Origin: Blepharisma stoltei ATCC 30299
Taxonomy: Eukaryota > Protista > Ciliophora
Assembly: GCA_965603825.1 (NCBI GenBank)
Contig: CBFDEM010000058.1
Coordinates: 1-64,000 of the forward strand
Length of the DNA: 64,000 nt
Reading direction: 5' to 3'
The translations under genes were made by a program, and so were the position numbers. The notes under the pieces are model-generated. The model ran no database searches, was not told the origin of the DNA, and saw only the letters and a list, made by a program, of their open reading frames with translations. Below, piece by piece: positions 25,304 through 36,878 of the stretch (position 1 is the first letter of the stretch; every line of letters begins with the position of its first letter).

Positions 25304-28300
25304 ATGGGTTTAAAGCTTATTGTCCTATTACTAATTTGTCTAAGCCAAGTCAATTCCCAAATAGTCTCAAAAAGGATTTTTAGACATAACAATATAAACT
25401 TTTTGCAGCTTAAACAAAGCGAGACAGAAGGCGGAGTCCAAGCATCTGACTCGACATCAGCATCAGAAGGAGATATAACATCATCAGATCAAAATGCCAA
25501 TGGTGATTCAACTGCAGATGATCCAGGAACTAGTGACGATGGTGTTGTAGATAGCCAAACTACTGATGAAAATATTGGTGATTCTGAGGAAGATGGCATT
25601 GAAAGTAGTGGGAGTCAGGATGAAGAAATTTCAGATGAAGATTTAGGAGATGCTGAGGAAGATAACAGCGAAGAAGTAGATGAAGAAAATGCTGAAGACG
25701 CTACTGAAGATGCTGAAGAGGTCAGTGAAGAGGCTGAAGAAGCTAGTGAAGAAGCAGCAGAAGAAGCTGAGGAGGCTAGCGAAGAAGCTGAGGAGGCTAG
25801 TGAAGAAGTTAGTGAAGAAGCCGAGGAGGCTAGTGAAGAAGCTGAGGAGGCTAGTGAAGAAGCTGAGGAGGCTACTGAAGAGGTTAGTGAAGAAGCTGAG
25901 GAGGCTAGTGAAGAAGCTAGTGAAGAAGTAGCAGAAGAAGCTGAAGAGGCTAGTGAAGAAGCTAGTGAAGATGCCGAAGAAGCTAGTGAAGAAGCAGAAG
26001 AAGATGCCGAAGAAAGTACATCTGAGGACACTGAAGAAACTACAGATGAGTCAGCTGAAGATTCAGAAGAAATTGAAGAAGAAAGTAGTGATGAAAGTAG
26101 TAACGATGAGGAAAGTAGCGAAGAAGATAGCAATGATGAGGAGAGCACTGAAACTAGTAGTGAAGAAGGAAGCAGTGAAGATGCAGAGGAAGAAAGTAGT
26201 GAAAGCGACTCAACGAGTGAAGAAGAATCGACTGAAAGCACTGAAGAAGAGTCAAATGAAAGTGACTCAAGTGATGAAGCATCAGAAGAAACTTCAGAAG
26301 ATACCTCAGAAGAAACTTCGGAAGATACCACAGAAGAAACATCAGAAGAAACCTCAGAAGAAACATCAGACGAAAGCTCAGAGGAAAGCTCAGATGAAAC
26401 TTCAGAAGAAACCTCAGAAGAAACCTCAGAAGAAACTTCAGAAGATACAGCAGAAGATACCTCAGAAGAAACCTCAGAAGAAACCTCAGAAGAAACCTCA
26501 GAAGACACCTCAGAAGAAACTTCAGAAAATACATCAGAAGAAACTTCAGAAGAAACTTCAGAAGAAAGCTCAGAAGAAACTTCAGAAGAAAGCTCAGAAG
26601 AAACTTCAGAAGATACCTCAGAAGAAACTTCAGAAGAAACTTCAGAAGAAACCGCAGAAGAAACCTCAGAAGAAACCTCAGAAGAAACATCAGAAGAAAC
26701 CTCAGAAGAAACCTCAGAAGAAACTTCAGAAGATATCTCAGAAGATACCTCAGAGGAAACATCAGACGAAACTTCAGAAGATACCTCAGAAGAAACCTCA
26801 GAAGATACCTCAGAAGAAACCTCAGAAGAAATATCGGAAGAAACATCAGAAGATACTTCAGAAGATGCCTCAGAAGATACCTCAGAGGAAACATCAGAAG
26901 AAACATTGGAAGAAACATCAGAAGAAACTTCAGAAGATACCTCAGAAGAAACCTCAGAAGAAACTTCAGAAGATACCTCAGAAGATGCCTCAGAAGATAC
27001 CTCAGAAGAAACTTCAGAAGACACCTCAGAAGAAAACACAGAAGAAACTTCAGAAGAAACGTCAGAAGATACATCAGAAGAAACTTCAGAAGAAACCTCA
27101 GATGGTACATCAGAAGAAAACTCAGAGGAAAGCTCAGGGGAAAGCTCAGAGGAAACCTCAGAAGAAAGCACAGAAAATACCTCAGAAGAGACCTCAGAAG
27201 AAACCTCAGAAGATACCTCAGAAGAAACTTCAGAAGAAACTTCAGAAGATACATCAGAAGAAACATCAGAAGAAAGCTCAGAGGAAAGCTCAGAAGAAAG
27301 CTCAGAAGAAACATCAGAAGATACCTCAGAAGATACCTCAGAAAATACCTCAGAAGAAACCTCAGAAGATACATCAGAAGAAACTTCAGAAGATGCAACA
27401 GAAGAAACCTCAGAAGAAACGTCAGAAGAAACGTCAGAAGATACTTCAGAAGAAACCTCAGAAGAAAGCTCAGAAGAGAGCACAGAAGAAAGCTCTGAAG
27501 AAAGTTCTGATGAAAGCACAGAAGAATCTTCAGAAGAAAGCTCAGAAGAAAGCTCAGAAGAAACTACTGAAGAAAGTGCCGATGAGAGCGCAGATGAAAG
27601 CACAGAAGAAAGCTCAGAAGAGAGCACAGAAGAAACCTCTGAAGAAACTTCAGAAGAAAGCTCGGATGAAAGCACAGAAGAAACCTCTGAAGAAACTTCA
27701 GAAGAAACCTCAGAAGAAACTGCCGATGAAAGTTCTGAAGAAAGTTCAGATGAAAGCTCAGAAGAAACATCTGAAGAAACCTCTGAAGAAAGCACAGAGG
27801 AAACCTCAGAAGAAGCCTCGGAAGAAAGTGCTACCGAAAGCTCTGATGAAAATTCGGAAGAAAGTTCAGAAGAAAGCTCAGAAGAAAGCACAGAAGATGC
27901 CGAAGAAGAAAGCTCTGAAAGTGAAGAAGAGAGTTCTGATAGTACGGAAGAAAGTACAACAGAGAGCTCTGAAGAAAGCACCGAAGAAAGCTCAGAAGAA
28001 AGCACAGAAGATGCCGAAGAAGAAAGCTCTAAAGATAGCACTGAAGAGACTACTGAAGAAAGTACTGAAGAAAGTTCTGAAGAAAGCACTGAAGAAAGTT
28101 CTGATGAGAGCTCTGAAGAAAGCACCGAAGAAAGCTCTGAAGAGAGCTCTGAAGAAAGCTCTGATGCAAACGCTGAAGAAAGCTCTGAAGAGAGCTCTGA
28201 TGAAACCTCCGAAGAAAGCACTGAAGAAAGCTCTGAAGAGAGCACTGAAGAAAGCACTGAAGAAAGCACTGAAGAAAGCACTGAAGAGAGCACTCAAGAA

Positions 28301-30115
28301 AGCTCTGAAGAGAGCACTGAAGAAAGCTCTAGAGATAGCACTGAAGAAAGCTCTGATGAAAGCTCTGAAGAAAGCACTGAAGAAAGCACTGATGAGAGCG
28401 CAGAAGAAAGTACTGAAGAAAGCTCTGAAGAGAGCACCGATGAGAGCGCAGAAGAAAGTACTGAAGAAAGCTCTGAAGAAAGCTCTGAAGAAAGCACCGA
28501 TGAGAGCACAGAAGAAAGCTCTGAAGAAAGCACCGATGAGAGCACAGAAGAAAGTACTGAAGAAAGCACTGAAGAAAGCACTGAAGAAAGCTCTGGAGAT
28601 AGCACTGAAGAAAGCTCTAATGAAAGCTCTGAAGAAAGCTCTGAAGAAAGCACCGAAGAAACCTCTGATGAAAGCTCTGAAGAAAGTGCCGAAGAAAGCT
28701 CTGACGAGAGCTCTGAAGAGAGCTCTGTAGAAAGCACTGAAGAGATTACTGAAGAAAGCACCGAAGAAAGCTCTGAAGATAGCACTGAAGGTAGCAGCAC
28801 TGAAGAGACTACTGAAGAAAGTACTGAAGAAAGCACCGAAGAAAGTTCTGAAGAGAGCTCTGAAGAAAGCACCGAAGAAAGCTCTGAAGAGAGCTCCGAA
28901 GATAGCAGCACTGAAGAGACTACTGAAGAAAATACTGAAGAAAGCTCTGAAGAAAGCACTGAAGAGACGACTGAAGAAAGTACTGAAGAAAGCGCTCAAA
29001 GCGAAGAAGAAAGTAGTGAGGCAGAAAATTCATCAGCAGAAACTAGCGAGGCAGAGTCTGAGACTACAAGTGATGAAGAGTCATTAGAGAGTGACACAAC
29101 TGAAGCTGACTCAAGCGAAACTACAGAGTCAGCAGAAGAGTCCAGCGAAACAACCGAGACAACTGAAGCTTCAAGCGAGTCCTCAGAGTCATCTACCTCT
29201 GAATCCGACGATGTAACCCTTGAAATCCTCAACACAAACATTAATTTAAGCTTCGAGCTCAGTGCTGCATCCTCAATTTCCCAAGTAGAAAATGCTATTG
29301 ACGTCAAACAAGACGAATTAGACGAGGTCAATGCAGAAATTGAAGACCTCGAAGCAGAGCTTGAAAATTATGACTATTCTTGCTCAGAAAACACAAACTG
29401 TGGCACATGTACCAGCAACTCAGGCTGTGTATGGTGCTCTTCAGAAAACTCATGTGTTGAAGGAAACTCTGATGGGCCTACAGACGCTTCGTGCTCTGAC
29501 TATCAATATGGCCAATGCACAATAGTTGATTGTGATGCCTATACATCTTGCAGTGATTGCTTAAGTACCAGTGAATGTGGCTGGTGCGGGTCCTCAGACA
29601 CTTGCTACACTGCGTCTGCAGATGAGCCTGGAGACTGTTCTTCGAGCGATTTTTACCATATTGACAGCTCATCACAAAGCACGTGCCCTGTCAGTGAAGT
29701 TGAAGACAGTGACTATGAAGTTGTATACTCAACTGAGGACGAAATAGAAGACGAAATTGAAGAATTAGAAGCCAGAGCTGATGATCTGGAAGAAGATATT
29801 GCAAAACTAGAAGAAGACAAGGCAGAAATGGAGGCAATCATTGATGAATATTATAGCTCTTTCCTTGAAATCGGACAGAATGTGGAAGCTAAAGCAGCTC
29901 CTAAAGGGTTTACGAAGCCTGAAGGAGGAATTCCGAAAGGATTTACACCACCTGCAGGATTTACACCACCTGAAGGATTTACACCACCTGAAGGATTTTC
30001 TATACCTGAAGGTGGAGTTCCTGATGGATTTATTCCGATCCCAACAGGAACTTGGTTTGATGTGTATTCGACTCTGATTAACAAAGTAGCGAGCTATGGG
30101 CTTGTTTTTGGATAA
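25304..30115 (+). CDS. Secreted hyper-acidic Ser/Glu/Thr repeat protein with two PSI-like Cys domains and PEGFTP repeats (1603 aa)
   Basis: Single long ORF with signal peptide MGLKLIVLLLICLSQVNS. About 1250 aa of SEE(T/S) repeats, then CxxCxxxxxCxWC motifs twice, flanked by acidic coiled coils. Confidence 0.9.
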   Translation: MGLKLIVLLLICLSQVNSQIVSKRIFRHNNINFLQLKQSETEGGVQASDSTSASEGDITSSDQNANGDSTADDPGTSDDGVVDSQTTDENIGDSEEDGIESSGSQDEEISDEDLGDAEEDNSEEVDEENAEDATEDAEEVSEEAEEASEEAAEEAEEASEEAEEASEEVSEEAEEASEEAEEASEEAEEATEEVSEEAEEASEEASEEVAEEAEEASEEASEDAEEASEEAEEDAEESTSEDTEETTDESAEDSEEIEEESSDESSNDEESSEEDSNDEESTETSSEEGSSEDAEEESSESDSTSEEESTESTEEESNESDSSDEASEETSEDTSEETSEDTTEETSEETSEETSDESSEESSDETSEETSEETSEETSEDTAEDTSEETSEETSEETSEDTSEETSENTSEETSEETSEESSEETSEESSEETSEDTSEETSEETSEETAEETSEETSEETSEETSEETSEETSEDISEDTSEETSDETSEDTSEETSEDTSEETSEEISEETSEDTSEDASEDTSEETSEETLEETSEETSEDTSEETSEETSEDTSEDASEDTSEETSEDTSEENTEETSEETSEDTSEETSEETSDGTSEENSEESSGESSEETSEESTENTSEETSEETSEDTSEETSEETSEDTSEETSEESSEESSEESSEETSEDTSEDTSENTSEETSEDTSEETSEDATEETSEETSEETSEDTSEETSEESSEESTEESSEESSDESTEESSEESSEESSEETTEESADESADESTEESSEESTEETSEETSEESSDESTEETSEETSEETSEETADESSEESSDESSEETSEETSEESTEETSEEASEESATESSDENSEESSEESSEESTEDAEEESSESEEESSDSTEESTTESSEESTEESSEESTEDAEEESSKDSTEETTEESTEESSEESTEESSDESSEESTEESSEESSEESSDANAEESSEESSDETSEESTEESSEESTEESTEESTEESTEESTQESSEESTEESSRDSTEESSDESSEESTEESTDESAEESTEESSEESTDESAEESTEESSEESSEESTDESTEESSEESTDESTEESTEESTEESTEESSGDSTEESSNESSEESSEESTEETSDESSEESAEESSDESSEESSVESTEEITEESTEESSEDSTEGSSTEETTEESTEESTEESSEESSEESTEESSEESSEDSSTEETTEENTEESSEESTEETTEESTEESAQSEEESSEAENSSAETSEAESETTSDEESLESDTTEADSSETTESAEESSETTETTEASSESSESSTSESDDVTLEILNTNINLSFELSAASSISQVENAIDVKQDELDEVNAEIEDLEAELENYDYSCSENTNCGTCTSNSGCVWCSSENSCVEGNSDGPTDASCSDYQYGQCTIVDCDAYTSCSDCLSTSECGWCGSSDTCYTASADEPGDCSSSDFYHIDSSSQSTCPVSEVEDSDYEVVYSTEDEIEDEIEELEARADDLEEDIAKLEEDKAEMEAIIDEYYSSFLEIGQNVEAKAAPKGFTKPEGGIPKGFTPPAGFTPPEGFTPPEGFSIPEGGVPDGFIPIPTGTWFDVYSTLINKVASYGLVFG
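25700..28990 (+). repeat. Coding minisatellite array (21-bp EEASEEA units, then 12-bp SEET/SEES/TEES units)
   Basis: Visible tandem units such as tcagaagaaacc and tctgaagaaagc. Confidence 0.95.
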
Positions 30116-30496
30116 GAGATAATAATTAGAATTAATATTATATATTTTTGCGAAAAATAGAGTTTGAGTAAGACTTTCGTTTTTTATGCTTCAATTATGG
30201 AACGGTAATATTTTCTCTATCTAATAAAAATTAGACAAACCATAAAAATTCGTATATTTCTCTTATTCTTCCATTTTTAAATATTTTCACACAAACTCTA
30301 TAAATGCCAAATGAAACAAAAATTTTCAATACAATTTTTCTTTGAATTTATTTATTTTTAAAAACATATTTATCTGTTTTTCACTTAATTAATAATCAAA
30401 ACGCTTTTATTTCTTTTGATTCCTTAATTAAATGACTTTATAAATCCATCTTATAAATATGCTGGATTGGAGAAAATTGATAAAGAATTTATAAAA

Positions 30497-30982
30497 ATGG
30501 TCGGACAAGAGTTCAATGATGTGAAAGTCAACGTGAGCGTCAAAGTTGCTACAATCATCTGTGGGGTGGGATTATTAGCAATCGCAATCCAAAAACTTGC
30601 TTCCTTTAATATCATCGATGTACGTGACTTTTTCCTGACACTTTACTATTTCATTTTTGCTTTTATTTCAATATGCTCAGAATTGCCTTACAAAAAGCTT
30701 TTGATGCCTTTTTACTTCTTAAGGTACTGTTTTGGCAAAGGCGCTTTCTTTTTATTTGTTGCGACTATAATTTTTGACTGGCGCTATTGGTGGTTTATCC
30801 TTATGGCTGTTCTCTATTTTATTACAGCCTGTGGGTATTTTGTGCTTGCGCTTGGGTTTAAAGAAAAACTTGTAGACAAGACAGATGAAACTGAAGAGAA
30901 AGAAGCTGGGCAGACACTAGAGCATGCAGGATTTCAGCCAGTCACGATTGATCGTCCACAAGAAGACAAGCCAAAAGAGTAA
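30497..30982 (+). CDS. COPI-associated / TVP15-like Golgi multi-pass membrane protein
   Basis: First in-frame ATG at 30497. About 4 TM segments, with FYFLRYCFGKGAFFLFVA resembling the family's F-L...G-R/K-G-x-F motif. Confidence 0.7.
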   Translation: MVGQEFNDVKVNVSVKVATIICGVGLLAIAIQKLASFNIIDVRDFFLTLYYFIFAFISICSELPYKKLLMPFYFLRYCFGKGAFFLFVATIIFDWRYWWFILMAVLYFITACGYFVLALGFKEKLVDKTDETEEKEAGQTLEHAGFQPVTIDRPQEDKPKE

Positions 30983-31249
30983 GTCTTGGCTTCCATATTT
31001 AGATAGTGGAGAATTCTTTAGGAGGAATTTACATAATTAACGATTGATGTATATTAAAAAAGGCCAGATTAGTTTCAATCATATATTAATTAAAACTCAA
31101 TGCATTTTAATTTAGAAATTTTTTATAATTTTATAAATATTTAGCAAAAGGTGTTTTAAGTATTTTTATCTTCTTATTAATTTAACTTTAATTTATTAAT
31201 GCTTTTATGTGTGAAAATATAAACATATAAAAGCACTTTTCCTGATAAA

Positions 31250-33820
31250 ATGGCTCTGTTGAATTGGACCGAACTCGGAGATCACTGCTACCGACAAGTA
31301 GCTCAATATGACATGAAATGGGAACAAGACCTCGCTATTGAATACTTTCACATTGCAGCAGCCCGCTTTGGCGGCCCAGTAGCAAGAATCATGAAACCCA
31401 AAAGCTTAATCATGGGAATTCCCAACACAAATCAACTATTCCGCAAATATCTCACAATCCACAACTCAGCAGGTAAGCTAACAGGTAAGGTTCTATGAGA
31501 CTATTCCAAAGAGCTTGTAAAAATGGGGTGGACCACTGATGAAGCTCTTGTTGTCGTTTATAAAAACGGGGATGTCGACATCTACAACATGCATGGTGAA
31601 AAAATTGCTTTTCCGCCTCCTTTATTTGGAAATCCTCCTTCAAAAGGCAAAGAAATCGTAGACTGTGAGGTCTTTGAAAACATGCTAATTGTGCTTACAC
31701 AAGACAACGCGTTTTACTATGTAAGAAATTTGCCGAATTGTCTTAGCTTTAAGCCAGAACTGATAGGTTTGCTGTCTATAAGAGGGTCTCCTACATGTTT
31801 TAAAGCAATTCCTTCTGCTCATTCATATTCTGGGAATTTAGATATCTTGTGTGGGCATCCTGATGGTGGACTTGTGCTGTTGCAAGAGATGAAAGAAGTG
31901 AAAGGGTTTTCTAAAATTCCTTTTACCAATGAAGAAATTAATAGGGTTGAAGAGATAAGCTTATCAGCCACAGGAGAATTCTTAGCAATTTTATTAGAAG
32001 GAGGAGTTGTCGTCAAGCTTAATTCGAATTTTTCCAAATTTTTAGGGAGAACTGACTCAGAAATGGTAGAGAGGGCCCGACAAGTGGTATGGTGCGGAAA
32101 TGAAGCTGTATGCTTGATTTTTAATGAGTTTGTAGGGATATTAGGTCCGGACAATACCAAAGCTAGTATGGACATCGACCATATTAAAGAAGGAGTTTTT
32201 TGCAATTCAGAGCTAGATGGCATGAGGGTTTTTACAACAGAAAAATGCGAATTTTGGGAAAAAGTTGATCCTTCTTTACAGATGACACTTTCAATAGGCA
32301 GCTTTTCACCGCCAGCTTTGCTATTAGTAGCTTATGAAGCTTATATAGAAAATTCCGCTAGTTCTGGGGAATCTATAAGAAATTTGCAAAATAATGATAC
32401 ATTACAGGAAGCTGTAGACCAATTATTAGAATCAGCAAGTGCCGAGTTCGACGTCGATACCCAAGAAAAACTACTAAAAGCTGCAGCCTTTGGAAAAACA
32501 TTTTTGCCGCCCGGAACTTTTGATAGTAACAAGCTTGTCAACATGGTTAAACATTTAAAAGTTCTTAACAACCTTCGTCGAGAATATGTTGCAAGGCCAA
32601 TTACTTATCACCAACTTAAATACATGCGGTCAAACGGAGAAATGCTTATAAAAAGGCTACTAGACTCACACCACCACTATCTAGCTTTACAGATTTCTAA
32701 GTTTTGGAAACTTCGCCAGGAGCACATATTCGTCCACTGGGCCTGTGCAAAGCTGACAGACCAAGCTTTTAGCGATAAAGAAATGTGCGAGCTTATCTGC
32801 TCAAAACTTAACCTATGTAAATCAGTCAGCTACACAGACATCGCAAGAAAAGCTTTAGATTCCGGAAGAAAAGACCTTGCTATTGATTTACTCGAAAATG
32901 AGCCTGCAATCTCAAGAAAAGTGCCTTTATTATTACACATGGGGGAGTATGATATGGCTTTAGATAAGGCTATAGACAGCAGCGACCCTGATTTAATATA
33001 CTTAGTCATCATGAAAATCCATGAACAAGACAAAGCGGCAAGAGACGACCCTGATTTTGTCCCTGGGGCCACTGGGTCTATTGAAAAAGTCCTTTCGAAA
33101 AACGTCGCAAGAGAAATGCTGCTTAGCTATGCAAGACAAATTGATGAAGATTTATTAAAACAAGCATTTAGGTATCTTAAACGACCACAAGAAGCAGGGC
33201 ATTTTGCTATTGAAAAAGCTTATAAGTACAATGATCTCAGAAGAAGATTGGAATTGTTGAGCACTGCAAGGGATTTGTATGCAAATTATGACAGAGATCC
33301 CTTATACGCAGTTGCAGCTAAAGAGCAGCTGGCCTTGATAGAAAAACAGAAATTGCTTATAAAGAAAACAGGGGACAGAAGTTTAGTGGATTTATCAGTT
33401 TGCGATACAATTGGAAGGCTGCTTAAGCAAGACCAGGAAACTGAAGCTGAAAAGCTAGCAAAACAGTTCCAAATTTCAGAGAAAAAAATGTGGTACTTAA
33501 AGCTTAAAATTAAAGCATCACAAGGAGACTGGCCAGGCGTTGAAGCCCTTTCGAAATCCAAAAAAAATCCTCCTATTGGCTTCCGACCATTTGCAAATAT
33601 AGCAGTCCAGAGAAACCAAAACCAGTACGCTGAGCAGTTTATTTTAAGGGTTCCTGAGGTCGACTATCAGCTTAACATGCTGCAGTATATAGGAAGTTAC
33701 ATGAAAGCTGCCGAAGTCGCTGTGAAAAATAAGCTTTTCGATTCATTGCCAGAAATTGCCCAGAAATCAAATGACAGGGCTGTCATGGAATTTGTGGACT
33801 CACAGTTGGTAGGAAAATAA
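31250..33820 (+). CDS. VPS16: Vacuolar protein sorting 16 (HOPS/CORVET subunit, 856 aa)
   Basis: Joined through TGA 31496. Motifs AARFGGPVA, MGWT, WCG, ELDGMRV, LLKAAAFGK, HWAC, KVPLLL and PPIGFRPF. Confidence 0.95.
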
Positions 33821-33834
33821 TTAAATAAAATTTA

Positions 33835-35055
33835 TTAAATTGACCGTGCATTGGAGACTGATGATGATTCATCAGAATCAGAATAATTTGAAGGAGTTTC
33901 TGGCTTCACCTCATTCAAGTTAAGTTTCGGGACTATATGAGGTCTTTGTACTTCTTTTGGCCTGCCACTGACCAGCTGTTCATCTTCAGATTCTTCTCAT
34001 AACTCGCTATATTCTCGACTTTTGTGTTTTTTAGTTTTAGATTTTTGGACTTCTCTGTCATAAATCTCTTCAACTGGGTACCCATTTTTCTTTAGTGCTA
34101 TGACTAGCTTCAGCAGCTGCTTTTCTTTATATTTAAAATTATCAATTTCAGTTTTCATCTTTTTGAATATTTTTGTAAGTGATTTATTTTCATCGATAAT
34201 CGAATTTACAGCATTTTCATCAATTTCTGGGCATGATTTTTTAGAAATGCTTGATTTTTGCAGCTGATTTTGGAGTTTATTGTTTTGGGAAGTAATTTCT
34301 TTTAGTCAAATTTCGGTTTCGTATTTTTCTTGGGATAGCTTTTCGACCTTTTTTTCTAATGACCGCTTTTCTTCGATAGCTTGAGCAAGTTTACTATTTA
34401 GTTCGCTTAGCCTAGAATTAAGGTCGGTTGTCATTTTTTTTTGGGTGTCTTCGATTACTTCATCATATGCATTTCTTATTTTTGATAAAAGTGAGCTATA
34501 TGTTGAGTCCTTTTTTATTATTTCTTGGAATATATCTCTAAAAATTTCTAGTTTATCTGATATTCTTGAGGAATTTTTAGTAGAAAATTCTCTTAATTTC
34601 TGGCTAAGCCTTCCTTCAAGTATCTGTGCTTCAGTGGCAGCTGTGTTTAATCTTGATTGGCTAACCCCAGATTCTTTATAAACATTATGGCTTGCATTAA
34701 GTGAGCTATTCATTGAGAAATTCATACTTTTTCCTATATTTTTTGCATTTGTAGGACTTGAGTAATTATTTTCAAAACTTGAAAAAATATTTGCTTGGTG
34801 TTTCGGTTTTGAAGAATTTATTTGAAAAGATGATGAGTTTATTATCCCAGGCGAGCCATGACGTAGCTGAAGAGGCGATGCTTCTTTTTTGCGGATTTGA
34901 ACTGTCCTAGATTTTACACTTGGCTCTGCATAAGGCGAAAACTTGATTAGCTGAGCCTTAATGTTTGATGCTGAAGTGCTTGGTGCTTTGGGGTTTTGAT
35001 GTGATGAGTAATTCAGCGATAAAAGAGAAGGCATTGATTTTTGCTTATGAATCAT
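33835..35055 (-). CDS. Coiled-coil protein with a TSNAXIP1_N/C6orf118-like segment (406 aa)
   Basis: ATG 35055 to TAA 33835 with TGA=W. LEIFRDIFQEIIKKDSTYSSLLSKIRNAYD resembles the TSNAXIP1 N-terminal domain. Confidence 0.65.
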
Positions 35056-35201
35056 TTTACTTATATATTGCTTTAATTGCACGCATAATTAATCATAAAG
35101 CAATTTTAATTAAATATTTTCAATTATTAAGATTTAAATAAATTTATAAATCTTAAAATAACCTGTTAAATATATTAAAAATATACATACTTATAATAGG
35201 T

Positions 35202-36878
35202 CTATCTTCATATATGAGAAAGAGTCCTATGAATTGGCCTCACTCTATTCGCCACATGAATATTCCTGCTGATCCTTCTATTGCAATGGACTTTTGGAGC
35301 GTCTCAGAGCGTGCTATATACTGGAAATGAGTTTATAGAAAAAACACTTACAGAGTTTTCAGCTATTCGTCTTCTTAATTTCATTCGAGAAGGCGGAGAC
35401 TGATTTTTAATTGGAGAAGGAGGTGGGACGAGCTTATGAAATGTTACATCAGTAACTGCTTCGTATTGAAAAGTATCAGAAAAGTCTTGGTCCTGAGGAG
35501 AAATTGTGTCCCTTCTTTTGATCCTGGATACTGATTTCCTTTCTAAATTAAAACTTGAAAAATCTGTATTACTCCTATTCCTTTGACTGGAAAGAGCTCT
35601 GTATGTATTAGACAGCGAGCTTTCAGGCCTTGCAAAATTTTCAGTTTTCTGCAAATTTATCTTTAAATCTTTAGGCTCACTTTTTATAGGAGAAAGCGTC
35701 CTCTGTCTTTGTATAAGCTCCCTTTCAGTAGTTTTAAACAAATACGAGTTTCTCACATGATCATAAATTCTTGTAAAGTTCGCTCCTAATGATAATGAAG
35801 GAACTTCTTCTTTGGCTGGACTTTCTGATATTTTTTCTTCAATTTTCTTAGGCGAGTTGGCAAACTGTGTGACTTCTTCAGTGATGCTTTGGATTTGTTT
35901 GCTTCTGTAGCCATTTTTGATATCATTTTTATGCTTTATAATTTTCCATGAATCCTCACTTGTGATTCGTTTTACAAAATCTGATGCAGAGATAGCAAGC
36001 ACTATTGCTTGCTGAGAATAACAAATGCAGGTTGTAGTTCTTTTGGTTTCATTAATTACTTCTTCTTCGCCGAAAAATTCGCCTTTACCGAGTATTGCAA
36101 CTTCGGCACGATGAGAAATAGATTTTTTAGGAACTAAAACCTTTGTTAGTTTTTTTTGATTAGAAAAATCATGGTCTATTGGAATTTTCTTGATGAACTG
36201 AAATTCTCCTTCTTTTATTAAATAGACTTCTTTGGCTTCATCTCCTTCTTTATACATGATATGTTTCCTGTAAAAGTATTTTTCTTCAAAAAAAAAGCTT
36301 AATTTCGTCAAAGATCCTTTTGTCCACTTCTGAAATATTGGCAAATTCTGTAAATAATTCACGATATCTTGTTTTTTATCATTCATTAATTTAGATAAAA
36401 TTCTTTGATAATTTGGCTTGTCAAGCACTGCAAAATGTGAGGGCTCTTTGCATTGTATTGAGGCAGCCCTTGGCTTTTTTTCTAAAAGTGCAAGTTCTCC
36501 AAAGCTTGCCCCATCCCTTAATATAAGGACTTCTTGAAGCTGGATTTCTTGAGTTTCTTGGTTCATGATAGGAATTTGTACACCAATGCTGCCAAATAGA
36601 AGGACATAGAATTTGTTTCCTCTTTCTCCTTGGTGAAATACATATTCATCAGTAGAGAAAAACTCATAAGTCATATAGATGCAGCATTCTTTATGTATAA
36701 TATTTGAGGATTCATCAGTTAATGATTTGAAAAATTTGACATTTTCAGTGAATGACATGATTTTGGAGATATCGTCATCTGTTCGTGATTCTGGAGCTTT
36801 CTCTAGAATTGCTTTGAGATCGCTGATAAGAAATTGGTTTTCTTTTGAAGTTGCTGTTTCAGTTTGAGGTTCGCCCAT
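35202..36878 (-). CDS. Tandem cyclic-nucleotide-binding domain protein (558 aa)
   Basis: CNB motifs VFHQGERGNKFYV...FGELALLEKKPRAASI and YKEGDEAKEVYLIKEG...FFGEEE...RTTT. Likely ATG 36878, reading through TGA to TAG 35202. Confidence 0.88.

Noticed and set aside
25615-28999. Very long antisense and alternate-frame ORFs (892, 925, 414 and 335 aa)
   Set aside because: These are shadows of the 12-bp coding repeat, which lacks stops in several frames. Only the 25304 frame has a signal peptide and folded C-terminal domains.
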